Assembly (NCBI RefSeq): GCF_041909095.1
Contig: NZ_JAYREB010000003.1
Coordinates: 136,826-200,825, forward strand
Length of the DNA stretch: 64,000 nucleotides
DNA from: Azonexus sp.
GTDB lineage: Bacteria; Pseudomonadota; Gammaproteobacteria; Burkholderiales; Rhodocyclaceae
Reading direction: 5' to 3'
The notes under the pieces were generated by a model that had not been told where the DNA came from, did not search any database, and worked only from the letters and a program-made list of their open reading frames with translations. The first letter of the stretch is position 1. Each line of letters begins with the position of its first letter. Of this stretch, positions 55,573 through 64,000 are shown in pieces. Made by a program: the position numbers and the translations under genes.

Positions 55573-57378
55573 ATGCCTACCGTGTCTGTCTCAGCCGAGA
55601 TTTCCCGTCTGATCGAGCCGATCCTGCAGCGCCACGCGCGGCGACCGGACCGCCTCGTCCAGATTCTTCGCGAAGTCCAGGAAGCACTGGACTTCATTTC
55701 CGACGAAACCGCCGCCCATCTCGCCGAGGCCCTGCAGATGTCGTACGCCCAGGTGCAGAGTACGCGCGATTTCTACGCCTTCTTCTACCGCGAGAACCGT
55801 GGCCGCTACCGGGTTCTGTTCTCGGACAACATCACCGACCGCATGGCCGGCAACCAGGCGCTGTTCGAGCACATGCAGAAGCGCCTCAAGCTCGAAGCGG
55901 GCAAGGTTTCGGACGACGGGCTGGTGAGCATCGACTATTGCTCCTGCACCGGCATGTGCGACCAGGGGCCGGCGATTCTGGTCAACAACCGGGCGATCAC
56001 CCGGATGACGCTGCGCCGGGTCGACGAAATCTGCGACCTGATCCGCGGCCAGGTGCCGCTCGACAAGTGGCCGGCCGAGTTCTTCCGCGTCGATGACAAC
56101 ATCCGCCGCGCCGACCTCCTGCTCGGCACGCCGCTCGAAGCCGGCAAGGCCGTCCGCGCTGCGCTGGCCCGCGGCCGCGACGGCATGCTGGCCGAGATGA
56201 AGCTGTCCAACCTGCGCGGTCGCGGCGGCGCCGGCTTCACCACCGCGGTCAAGTGGGAAGCCTGCCGCAATGCGCCGGCGACGCCGCGCTACATCGTCTG
56301 CAACGCCGACGAGGGCGAGCCCGGCACCTTCAAGGACCGCGTGCTGTTGCAATCCTACGCCGGCCGCGTCTTCGAGGGCATGGTCATTGCCGCCTGGGTA
56401 GTCGGTGCCAGCCAGGGCTTCCTCTACCTGCGCGGCGAATATCTCTACCTCTTGCCGCAACTGGAGGCCTACCTCGCCGGGATGCGCGCCGCCGGCCTGC
56501 TCGGCCGCGACATCGGCGGTGTCGCCGGTTTCGATTTCGACATCGAGATCCACCTTGGCGCCGGCGCCTACGTCTGCGGCGAGGAAACCGCGCTGATCGA
56601 ATCGCTCGAAGGCAAGGCCGGCCGCCCACGCGTCCGGCCGCCTTTCCCGGTGACGTCGGGCTACATGGGCAAGCCGACCGTGGTCAACAACGTCGAGACC
56701 CTGTGCAAGGTCACCGAGATCGCCCTGCATGGCGGCACCTGGTACGAAGCGATCGGCACCAAGCAATCGACCGGCACCAAGATCCTGTCGGTGGCCGGCG
56801 ACTGCGCGCGGCCCGGGCTCTACGAATACGCCTTCGGCGTGCGCATCGCCCAGGTGCTGGAAGACTGCGGTGCCCAGGAGGCGATCGCCGTCCAGGTCAG
56901 CGGCGCCTCCGGCGTCTGTCTGTCGGAACGCGAGTTCGGCCGCCGGATCGCCTTCGAGGATGTGCCGACCGCCGGGTCGTTCATGATCTTCGGCAAGCAG
57001 CGCGACCTGTTCGAGGTGGCGCGCAACTTCGCCCATTTCTTCGCCCATGAGTCCTGCGGCTTCTGCACGCCGTGCCGGGTCGGCACCGTGCTGATGAAGG
57101 AGATCATGGACAAGATCGCCGACGGCCGCGGCACGCAGTACGAAATGAACGAACTGCTGCGTCTGCAGGCGGTGTTGAAACCGGGCAGCCACTGCGGTCT
57201 CGGCCAGACCGCCGGCAACGCGGTCGCCGACACGGTGCAGAAGTTCCGCCCCGCCTACGAACGGCGGCTCGCCGAAACCGACTTCGTCCCGGCTTTCGAC
57301 CTCGATGCCGCCCTGTCGCGCGCCCGCGAACTCGCCGGCCGCGACGATGCCGCCGCCCACCTCGGAGAAGAAGCATGA
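55573..57378 (+). CDS. hoxF: NAD-reducing [NiFe] hydrogenase diaphorase subunit HoxF (NuoE-like + NuoF-like)
   Basis: Thioredoxin-like 2Fe-2S part (CSCTGMCDQGPA). NuoF part (GRGGAGFTTAVKW, CNADEGEPGTFKDR, ESCGFCTPCR). Confidence 0.9.
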   Translation: MPTVSVSAEISRLIEPILQRHARRPDRLVQILREVQEALDFISDETAAHLAEALQMSYAQVQSTRDFYAFFYRENRGRYRVLFSDNITDRMAGNQALFEHMQKRLKLEAGKVSDDGLVSIDYCSCTGMCDQGPAILVNNRAITRMTLRRVDEICDLIRGQVPLDKWPAEFFRVDDNIRRADLLLGTPLEAGKAVRAALARGRDGMLAEMKLSNLRGRGGAGFTTAVKWEACRNAPATPRYIVCNADEGEPGTFKDRVLLQSYAGRVFEGMVIAAWVVGASQGFLYLRGEYLYLLPQLEAYLAGMRAAGLLGRDIGGVAGFDFDIEIHLGAGAYVCGEETALIESLEGKAGRPRVRPPFPVTSGYMGKPTVVNNVETLCKVTEIALHGGTWYEAIGTKQSTGTKILSVAGDCARPGLYEYAFGVRIAQVLEDCGAQEAIAVQVSGASGVCLSEREFGRRIAFEDVPTAGSFMIFGKQRDLFEVARNFAHFFAHESCGFCTPCRVGTVLMKEIMDKIADGRGTQYEMNELLRLQAVLKPGSHCGLGQTAGNAVADTVQKFRPAYERRLAETDFVPAFDLDAALSRARELAGRDDAAAHLGEEA

Positions 57379-58136
57379 GCGACACCAGCCACGCCAACAG
57401 CTTTTCCATCGACGGCCAGCGCATTCCCTTCACGCCTGGCCAGACCATCCTGCAGGCGGCGCTCGCCGCCGGCGTCTATATCCCGCACCTGTGCCACCAC
57501 CCGGACCTGAAGCCGCACGGCAGTTGCAAGCTGTGTACGGTGATCGTCAATGGGCGCAACGGCTCCGCCTGCACGCAGATGGCGATGCCCGGCATCGAGG
57601 TCGAGAACAACACGCCGACCCTGAACGACCGCCGTCGCGTGCTGCTGCAGATGCTCTTCGTCGAAGGCAACCACTTCTGTCCGGGTTGCGAGAAGAGCGG
57701 CAACTGCCAGTTGCAGGCGCTTGCCTACGACCTGGAAATGGTTTCGCCGCACTTCCGCCATGCCTTCCCGGCGCGGCCGGTCGATACCTCGCATCCCGAC
57801 GTCTGGCTCGACCTCAACCGCTGCATCATGTGCGAGCTGTGCGTGCGCGCCAGCCGCGACATCGACGGCAAGGACGTGTTCGCCCTCGCCGGGCGCGGCG
57901 CCGAATCGCACATCGTGGTCAATTCGCCGAGCGGCCTGCTCGGCGACAGCGCGCTGAGCATCGACGATGCCGCCGCCCACGTTTGTCCGGTCGGCGCCAT
58001 CCTGGTCAAGCGCGTCGGCTACGCGGTGCCGATCGGCGAACGCCAGTTCGACGAACAGCCGATCAGCCGCCAGGTCGATTACCTGGCCCGCCGGCACATC
58101 GCCATCGTGCCGGTGGCCGAAACCGAGGAGCGCTGA
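57375..58136 (+). CDS. hoxU: NAD-reducing hydrogenase diaphorase iron-sulfur subunit HoxU (NuoG N-terminal-like)
   Basis: 2Fe-2S and 4Fe-4S motifs (HLCHHPDLKPHGSCKLC, HFCPGCEKSGNCQLQ, CIMCELCVRA). ATGA overlap with hoxF. Confidence 0.9.
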   Translation: MSDTSHANSFSIDGQRIPFTPGQTILQAALAAGVYIPHLCHHPDLKPHGSCKLCTVIVNGRNGSACTQMAMPGIEVENNTPTLNDRRRVLLQMLFVEGNHFCPGCEKSGNCQLQALAYDLEMVSPHFRHAFPARPVDTSHPDVWLDLNRCIMCELCVRASRDIDGKDVFALAGRGAESHIVVNSPSGLLGDSALSIDDAAAHVCPVGAILVKRVGYAVPIGERQFDEQPISRQVDYLARRHIAIVPVAETEER

Positions 58137-58137
58137 A

Positions 58138-58692
58138 ATGAACGCACCGATGAGCCCGCGCAAGCTGCGCGTCACCACCACCTCGCTGTCCGGCTGCTTC
58201 GGCTGCCACATGTCCTTCCTCGACATCGATGAACGATTGCTCGAACTGGCTGCGCTGGTCGAATTCGACCGCTCGCCGATCACCGACATCAAGCACTGCA
58301 GCCAGCATTGCGACCTGGCGCTGATCGAAGGCGGCGTCTGCAACGCCGAGAACGTCCATGTCCTGCGCGAGCTGCGCGCCAATTCCAAGATCCTGGTCGC
58401 CTTCGGCGCCTGTGCGGTCAATGGCGGCCTGCCGGCGCAGCGCAACCACCTCGACGTCGGCCACTGCCTGAGCCAGGTCTACCGCACGCCGGACGGCAGC
58501 GCGACGGCGATCCCCAACGATCCGGAACTGCCGCTTTTGCTCGACAAGGTCTATCCGGTCAATGAAGTGGTTCGCGTCGATTACTTCCTGCCCGGCTGTC
58601 CGCCGTCCGCCGACACCATCTGGAAATTCCTCACCGACCTGCTGACCGGCCGCACGCCGCGCATCGAGCACCCGCTGCTCAAATTCGATTGA
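58138..58692 (+). CDS. hoxY: NAD-reducing [NiFe] hydrogenase small (delta) subunit HoxY
   Basis: LSGCFGCHMSFLD, GACAVNGG, LPGCPP: the short group-3 small-subunit pattern. Confidence 0.9.
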   Translation: MNAPMSPRKLRVTTTSLSGCFGCHMSFLDIDERLLELAALVEFDRSPITDIKHCSQHCDLALIEGGVCNAENVHVLRELRANSKILVAFGACAVNGGLPAQRNHLDVGHCLSQVYRTPDGSATAIPNDPELPLLLDKVYPVNEVVRVDYFLPGCPPSADTIWKFLTDLLTGRTPRIEHPLLKFD

Positions 58693-58704
58693 TCGGAGCA
58701 CCTC

Positions 58705-60171
58705 ATGTTTGAACTGGAAACCGCCGCCCATCCCGAAACCCTGCGCCGGGTCGCGATCGACCCGGTAACGCGGGTCGAAGGCCATGGCAAGGTCACCCTG
58801 CTGCTCGACCAGGACAACAAGATTCACCAGGTCCGCCTGCACATCGTCGAGTTCCGTGGCTTCGAGGTCTTCATCGAAGGCCGCCCCTACTGGGAAGTGC
58901 CGGTCACCGTGCAGCGCCTGTGCGGCATCTGCCCGGTCAGCCACCAGCTGGCCGCGGTCAAGGCGATGGACCAGATCGCCGGCTACGGCCCGCTCACGCC
59001 AACCGCCGAGAAGCTGCGCCGCTTGCTGCATTACGGCCAGATCGTGCAGTCGCACGCGGTGCATTTCTTCCATCTGGCGTCGCCCGACCTGCTGCTCGGC
59101 TTCGACAGCGATTTCACCCGTCGCAACATCGTCGGCGTCGCGCTCGATTTCCCGGAGATCGCCAAGCAGGGCGTGCTGCTGCGCAAGTACGGCCAGGAAG
59201 TGATCCGCCACGTCGCCGGCAAGCGCGTGCATGGTACCGGCGCCATTCCGGGCGGCGTGAACAAGGCGCTGAGCGTCGCCGAGCGCGACGAGATGGCGCG
59301 CGACATCGAGCAGATGATCGCCTGGACGCAGGGCGCGATCGACATGGTGCGCCGCCTGCACGAGACCAATCCCGGCTTCTACAACGTCTTCGGCGAATCG
59401 CCCGGCAACATGATGGGGCTGATGCGCGCCGATGGCGCGCTGGACTACTACCACGGCACGCTGCGTGCCGTTGACGCGGCCGGGCAGACGATTTTCGACG
59501 GCGTCGACTACGCCGATTACCAGCAGGTGCTGCAGGAAGAGATCAAGCCGTGGAGCTACATGAAGTTCCCGCACATCAGGAGCCTGGGCGCCGACGACGG
59601 CTGGTACAAGGTCGGCCCGCTGGCCCGTGTCCAGGCGGCAAGCTTCCTGTCCACGCCGTTGGCCGAAATCGAGCGGCAGAAGATGATGGCGCTGGGCGGC
59701 GGCAAGCCGGTACACGGTACCTTGTTCTACCACTGGGCGCGGCTGGTCGAAGTGCTGAACGCCGCCGAGATGATCCGCGACCTGCTGCACGACCCCGAGA
59801 TCCTCGGCACCGACCTCATGGCCGACCGCGGCGAGCGCCGTTACGAGGCGGTCGGCGTGATCGAGGCGCCGCGCGGCACCTTGTTCCACCACTACCGCGT
59901 CAATGAGGACGACCAGGTCACCTACTGCAACCTGATCGTGTCGACGACCAACAACAACCAGGCGATGAACGAGGCGATCCGCACCGTTGCTCGCCAGTAT
60001 CTCGACGGCCGCGAGCTGACCGAAGGCCTGCTCAACCACATCGAATGCGCGATCCGCGCCTACGATCCCTGCCTGTCCTGCGCCACCCATGCGCTGGGCA
60101 AGATGCCGCTGCTCGTCGAACTGGTCGATGCCGGCGGGACCGTGCTTGACCGCCTGAGCCACGGCCTGTGA
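58705..60171 (+). CDS. hoxH: NAD-reducing [NiFe] hydrogenase large (beta) subunit HoxH
   Basis: N-terminal RVEGHG and RLCGICPVSH (L1/L2). C-terminal DPCLSCATH Ni-binding motif. Confidence 0.95.
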   Translation: MFELETAAHPETLRRVAIDPVTRVEGHGKVTLLLDQDNKIHQVRLHIVEFRGFEVFIEGRPYWEVPVTVQRLCGICPVSHQLAAVKAMDQIAGYGPLTPTAEKLRRLLHYGQIVQSHAVHFFHLASPDLLLGFDSDFTRRNIVGVALDFPEIAKQGVLLRKYGQEVIRHVAGKRVHGTGAIPGGVNKALSVAERDEMARDIEQMIAWTQGAIDMVRRLHETNPGFYNVFGESPGNMMGLMRADGALDYYHGTLRAVDAAGQTIFDGVDYADYQQVLQEEIKPWSYMKFPHIRSLGADDGWYKVGPLARVQAASFLSTPLAEIERQKMMALGGGKPVHGTLFYHWARLVEVLNAAEMIRDLLHDPEILGTDLMADRGERRYEAVGVIEAPRGTLFHHYRVNEDDQVTYCNLIVSTTNNNQAMNEAIRTVARQYLDGRELTEGLLNHIECAIRAYDPCLSCATHALGKMPLLVELVDAGGTVLDRLSHGL

Positions 60172-60656
60172 CGCCGCCGGTTGTCGTCTTCGCCGTCGGC
60201 AATCCCAGCCGCGGCGACGACGCCATCGGGCCGCTGCTCTGCGCCCGGCTCGATAGCTGGCTGCTGGCCCGCGGGCTGGCCGACGGGGTCGAGTTGATCG
60301 AGGATTTCCAGCTCAACATCGAACACGCGATCGACCTGCAGGGGCGCTCGCTCGCCTTGTTCATCGACGCCGCCGTCAATCAGGCGGCGGCGGTGCTTTT
60401 CCGGCAGATCGGGCCATCGGCGACGATCGCTCATTCCTCGCACGCCTTGCCGCCGGAAGCCGTGCTCCAGGTCTATCTGCAGACCGAAGGCGCGGCGCCG
60501 CCGCCATCCTTCGTCCTCGCCGTGCGCGGCGAAGCCTTCGCTCTCGGCGAGGCGCCCGGGACTGCCGCTGAGGCAGCGATGGACGAGGCCATGCAGAAGC
60601 TTGAGGCGCTGTTCGCCACGCCGCAACTGGCCGCCTGGCAGGCGCTCGCCGGCTGA
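60168..60656 (+). CDS. hoxW: Hydrogenase maturation endopeptidase HoxW
   Basis: VVFAVGNPSRGDDAIGP...LFIDAA...H is the typical HybD/HoxW protease pattern. GTGA overlap with hoxH. Confidence 0.85.
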   Translation: MTPPVVVFAVGNPSRGDDAIGPLLCARLDSWLLARGLADGVELIEDFQLNIEHAIDLQGRSLALFIDAAVNQAAAVLFRQIGPSATIAHSSHALPPEAVLQVYLQTEGAAPPPSFVLAVRGEAFALGEAPGTAAEAAMDEAMQKLEALFATPQLAAWQALAG

Positions 60657-60659
60657 GCT

Positions 60660-63263
60660 TCAGGCCGCCGGTCGGGCCGGGGCGACGCGTGGCAGCGTGA
60701 ACCAGAAGGTCGCCCCCTCTCCTTCGACGCTATCCACCCCGATCTCGCCGCCCATCATCTCGACCAGCTGGCGCGAGATCGACAGCCCCAGGCCGGTGCC
60801 GCCGTAACGCCGCACCGTCGAACCGTCGACCTGCGAGAAGGGCTTGAACAGACGGCTCATCTGCTGTGCCGGGATGCCGATGCCGGTATCGCGGATGACG
60901 AAACGCACCCGGTCGCCGTCTTCCGGCAGGATGTCGAGGTCGACGCGGCCACTGCTGGTGAACTTGATCGCGTTGCCGATCAGGTTGTTCAACACCTGGC
61001 GCAGTCGCCCCGGGTCGCCGCGCAGGGTTTTCGGCAGATCCGGCGACAGCTGTTGGGTGAAGGCGAGGGACTTCTCCTGGGCGAGTACCGCCAGTAGCTT
61101 GCAGGTCTGGCTGACCAGATCGGCAAGCGGGAAATCGATGCATTCGATCGGCAGCTTGCCGGCTTCGATGCGGGCGAAGTCGAGGACGTCGTTGATCACC
61201 GACAGCAGCGCGTCGGCGCTCTCGCCAATGACGTTTGCGTACTCCTTCTGTTCGGTATCGAGCGGCGTGTCGAGCAGCAGCTGGGTCATGCCGATGATGC
61301 CGTTCATCGGCGTGCGCAGTTCGTGGCTCATGTTGGCGAGGAATTCGCTCTTGGCCCGGCTTGCCTCGCCAGCGAGCGCCGCCGCATGGTGTTCGGCGGC
61401 GAGCACGCGCTCGTTGGCAATGGCCAGCGCGAACAGGTTGCCGATGTGGTGCAGCGTCTCCTGGCGGGCCGGGGCGCGCGTTGTCTCGGTCGCACCATGC
61501 AGGCAGAGGACCCCCAGGCAGCTGTCGCCAAGCAGCAGCGGAACGACGCAGCGACCGTCGGTCGTCACCGCGTCACCGACACAATGTCTGGCGACCATGA
61601 TCCGGCTCTTCGTTGCCGCCTGCTTGCACAGTCGGCCGTCCAGATTGCGCCCGCCATCGCAGCACGGAATGCTGCCGTCGGGGGCGGGCAGCAGGATGCG
61701 CGGCGGTGCTTCTTTGTTCAGGCCGGGCAATCCTTGCAGCAAGCGCAGCGCTTCGTCGAGGCGCTCGGCGATCGCGCCTGGCTGATGCAGGCAGCGGGCA
61801 ATCGCAAACTTCACTTCGGCCTCGCGGCGGGCCTCGCGTTCGGCCAGTTCGCGTTCGCGGCGCTGGCTGATGTCGGATGAAGTGCCGCGATAGCCGCGGA
61901 AGGCGCCGTCGCTGCCAAAGACCGCCACGCCGCTGCTGACGATCCAGACCGGGCGACCGTCCGGCAAGGTCAGCCGGTGTTCCAGGCGGTGGAAGGCGTG
62001 GCGTGCCTGCAGGTCGGAGGCCAGTGCCTGGCTGCGGGGATGTTCGGGGTCGTCGTCGGGAACGACGAAATCGTCGAGCCGGGTGCCGAGCAGGGCTTCC
62101 TGTGGCAGGCCGAGCAAAGCGGACACGTTGTCGGTCAGGAAGCTGAAATGCAGGCTGGCGTCGGTTTCCCAGAACCACCAGTCGGAACTGGTCGAAAACA
62201 GGTCGGCAAAGCGTTGCTCGTTTTCGGCGAGCGAGGTTTTTGCCGCCTGCTGCTCGCGTTCGATGCTGCCGGTCAGGCGGTAGAGGGCGAAGCCGAGCAG
62301 GGCCGCCAGTGCGCTGGCGGCGCCCAGCGCGAGCAGCAGCTTGCCGCCGCTGGCGGCGCGCTCGCTCGTGGTGTCGCGCAATACGGCCAGTGAGGCAACC
62401 GGCTGTTGCCGGTAATCCGGTAGCGGCAGCAGGGTCGCCGACCAGCGCCGGTCGCCGTCGCTGATCGCGAACACCTGACCGGCCTGGCCGCCGGGGTGGG
62501 CGTTCCAGGCGCTGGCCAGGGCAGTGGGCAGGGGGGTGAAATGGGGGTGAAAAACGGCGATCGCCGGCTGGTCGTCCCAGTTGCCTTCGTAACCCAAGGT
62601 CTGCTTGCCGGTGTCGAAATTGGCGCGGTCGACATGGCGCTTGTCGATCGCGCTGATCAGGGTCAGACCGAGCGTTTTTTCGATGTCGGCGAAGAAACGG
62701 TCGACCTCCAGGCCGAGTTCGATGTAGCCGAGCAGTTCGCCGCCTGCGTACCAGGGGTGAACGTGGCGCAGGGTGTAACTGCCGAGCGGGCCGAGTTCCA
62801 GACCGCGCGTCACCTTGTCGTAAGTAGCGGCGTCGACCAGGGTCTGGCGCTCGATGCGGTCGCCGCTGCGCTGTGGGGCATGGACGCGCAACAGGACGCG
62901 GCGCTCGGGGGTGATGAAGTACCAGTGGCTGATGCTGAATTCGCCGGCGATTTCGCCAAAGCGCCGCTGACTGCCGGCCAGTAGCGCGGCCGCGTCGCCG
63001 CGCCGCATCGCCGCACGCAGTTCGGGGTTGGCCATGGCTTCGCTGGCGAACCAGTCGAGGTGCTGACCGTTATCCGTCAGCCGTTGCTGCCAGGCGCGGC
63101 TAGCCTGGGCTGCGGCCTGGCGGGTCAGCTCGCTTTCCAGATGGCGCAGGTGGAGGGCGAAGGCGGCGACGAAAATCGCCACCAAGGCGCACAATGCACA
63201 GGCAACCGGGATCAGGATGCGGCGACGGTAGGGAAAGCTGGGCGGGACGGAAGCCATCTGCAT
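60660..63263 (-). CDS. Membrane sensor histidine kinase (periplasmic sensor domain, PAS, GAF-like, HisKA, HATPase_c)
   Basis: Two TM helices flank a ~270-aa extracytoplasmic domain. PAS ([21 protein letters not shown]), H-box [15 protein letters not shown] boxes ([25 protein letters not shown]). No receiver domain. Confidence 0.9.
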   Translation of the reverse strand: MQMASVPPSFPYRRRILIPVACALCALVAIFVAAFALHLRHLESELTRQAAAQASRAWQQRLTDNGQHLDWFASEAMANPELRAAMRRGDAAALLAGSQRRFGEIAGEFSISHWYFITPERRVLLRVHAPQRSGDRIERQTLVDAATYDKVTRGLELGPLGSYTLRHVHPWYAGGELLGYIELGLEVDRFFADIEKTLGLTLISAIDKRHVDRANFDTGKQTLGYEGNWDDQPAIAVFHPHFTPLPTALASAWNAHPGGQAGQVFAISDGDRRWSATLLPLPDYRQQPVASLAVLRDTTSERAASGGKLLLALGAASALAALLGFALYRLTGSIEREQQAAKTSLAENEQRFADLFSTSSDWWFWETDASLHFSFLTDNVSALLGLPQEALLGTRLDDFVVPDDDPEHPRSQALASDLQARHAFHRLEHRLTLPDGRPVWIVSSGVAVFGSDGAFRGYRGTSSDISQRRERELAEREARREAEVKFAIARCLHQPGAIAERLDEALRLLQGLPGLNKEAPPRILLPAPDGSIPCCDGGRNLDGRLCKQAATKSRIMVARHCVGDAVTTDGRCVVPLLLGDSCLGVLCLHGATETTRAPARQETLHHIGNLFALAIANERVLAAEHHAAALAGEASRAKSEFLANMSHELRTPMNGIIGMTQLLLDTPLDTEQKEYANVIGESADALLSVINDVLDFARIEAGKLPIECIDFPLADLVSQTCKLLAVLAQEKSLAFTQQLSPDLPKTLRGDPGRLRQVLNNLIGNAIKFTSSGRVDLDILPEDGDRVRFVIRDTGIGIPAQQMSRLFKPFSQVDGSTVRRYGGTGLGLSISRQLVEMMGGEIGVDSVEGEGATFWFTLPRVAPARPAA

Positions 63264-63336
63264 GCCGCCCGGGGCCGGGGCGATATAGGGTTGCCGGGGT
63301 GGCCCGCCGGCGCGGGAGCAGGCGGGCCGGGGAAGG

Positions 63337-63780
63337 TCAGCGATAGACCAGGACCGGAATCTTGGAGTGGGTCAGCACCTTGTTGGTTTCGCTGCCCAGC
63401 AACAGTCCGCTGATCCCGCGCCGTCCGTGCGAAGCCATGAAGATCAGGTCGCAGCCGGACTTCTCGGCGGCTTCGATGATCGCTTCGTAGGGAATGTCGC
63501 TGGTCGCCGAGGTGGTGGTGCATTCGACCCCGGCTTCGGCGCACCAGGCAGCGACTTCGTTCAGGTATTCGGCCGCCTGCTGCTCGGCCATCTGGGTGAA
63601 TTTTTCCGGCGTCGTCGGATCGATCAGCGCGCCCTCGCCGAAATAGGCGATCGGATATTCCGGCTTGGCGTAAAACACGGTGATGCGGGCGCCGGCTTCG
63701 CTGGCGAAAGTGATGGCGCGCTTGGCGGTGGCCCGGGAAAGTTCCGAACCGTCGGTGGGAACCAGGATGTTCCTGAACAT
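63337..63780 (-). CDS. Universal stress protein (UspA family)
   Basis: [15 protein letters not shown]...[35 protein letters not shown]. Confidence 0.9.
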   Translation of the reverse strand: MFRNILVPTDGSELSRATAKRAITFASEAGARITVFYAKPEYPIAYFGEGALIDPTTPEKFTQMAEQQAAEYLNEVAAWCAEAGVECTTTSATSDIPYEAIIEAAEKSGCDLIFMASHGRRGISGLLLGSETNKVLTHSKIPVLVYR

Positions 63781-63863
63781 GGCTTACCTCCTGAGATGGT
63801 CTGCTGGCGTTGCTTTCCGCCCTTTATGGGTTCATGCTACGCCAAGTCGGGAGGTTTTCAAAC

Positions 63864-64000
63864 ATGCGACTTGGCTTTTTCGGCGCCGCTGGCGAAGTGA
63901 CCGGTTCCTGCACCCTGGTCGATACCGGGCAAGCGCGTTTTCTGGTTGATTGCGGCATGTTCCAGGGCGGTGCCGAGGCGCGCGGCAAGAACGAGAGGGC
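63864..64000 (+). CDS. MBL-fold (beta-CASP-type) metallo-hydrolase, 3'-truncated by the window edge
   Basis: My own translation from ATG 63864 (GGGAGG upstream): [36 protein letters not shown]..., the typical N-terminus of RNA-metabolising beta-CASP MBL proteins. Not in the ORF track because it runs off the window. Confidence 0.7.
   Translation, partial: MRLGFFGAAGEVTGSCTLVDTGQARFLVDCGMFQGGAEARGKNER

Noticed and set aside
55591-60162. Minus-strand ORFs 55591..57360 (589 aa) and 58063..60162 (699 aa)
   Set aside because: They are antisense to hoxF and hoxY/hoxH, whose metal-cluster motifs confirm the plus-strand reading.
1-64000. CRISPR arrays, tRNA/rRNA genes, IS elements, prophage genes
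   Set aside because: I looked for regularly spaced short repeats, cloverleaf-sized conserved segments and transposase/integrase-like ORFs on both strands and found none. This was a by-eye inspection, so small ncRNAs could be missed.

Overview
High-GC (about 65% by eye) chromosomal segment of a betaproteobacterium. Gene content and synteny look Rhodocyclales-like, but I cannot verify that here. Most of the window is core housekeeping DNA in conserved operons: trmD-rplS; xseB-ispA-dxs-folE2; queG/tsaE-amiC; ribF-ileS-lspA-fkpB-ispH; the fimU-pilVWXY1E minor-pilin operon; rpsT; class II ribonucleotide reductase nrdJ; fabI...pta-ackA; the NAD-reducing [NiFe] hydrogenase genes hoxFUYHW; and c-di-GMP and histidine-kinase signalling genes. 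I found no rRNA, tRNA, CRISPR array, integrase or transposase. The stand-out is a roughly 19.4 kb block of ten same-strand genes (31.2-50.6 kb). It is built on a MoxR-class AAA+ ATPase, a CoxE-like vWA protein, a SWIM zinc-finger protein, two ~1,260-aa HEAT-repeat/DUF4132-like paralogs and a DUF5682/YehM-like protein. These are the same families as the functionally unassigned E. coli molR/yehI-yehLMPQ neighbourhood. Here they are joined by a 975-aa DUF4241-like/TPR protein, a 131-aa orphan and a low-GC LRR protein. The block also shows three unusual sequence features. The two giant paralogs are mosaic, with divergent N-termini and a ~750-bp stretch of perfect DNA identity in the C-terminal part. 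The three longest poly-G tracts of the window lie at or just upstream of the 5' end of the vWA gene, and one of them (G10) is inside the coding sequence. A shared 17-nt motif occurs in three of its intergenic or boundary positions. Smaller observations: a GxxExxY (PD-(D/E)XK-like) ORF bracketed by inverted repeats sits in the normally tight ribF-ileS junction; a phosphatase-like/kinase-like gene pair lies between fabI and pta-ackA; and the queG and tsaE start codons overlap divergently on an ATGCAT palindrome. All family assignments come from motif-level reading of the translated ORFs and need HMM or BLAST confirmation.
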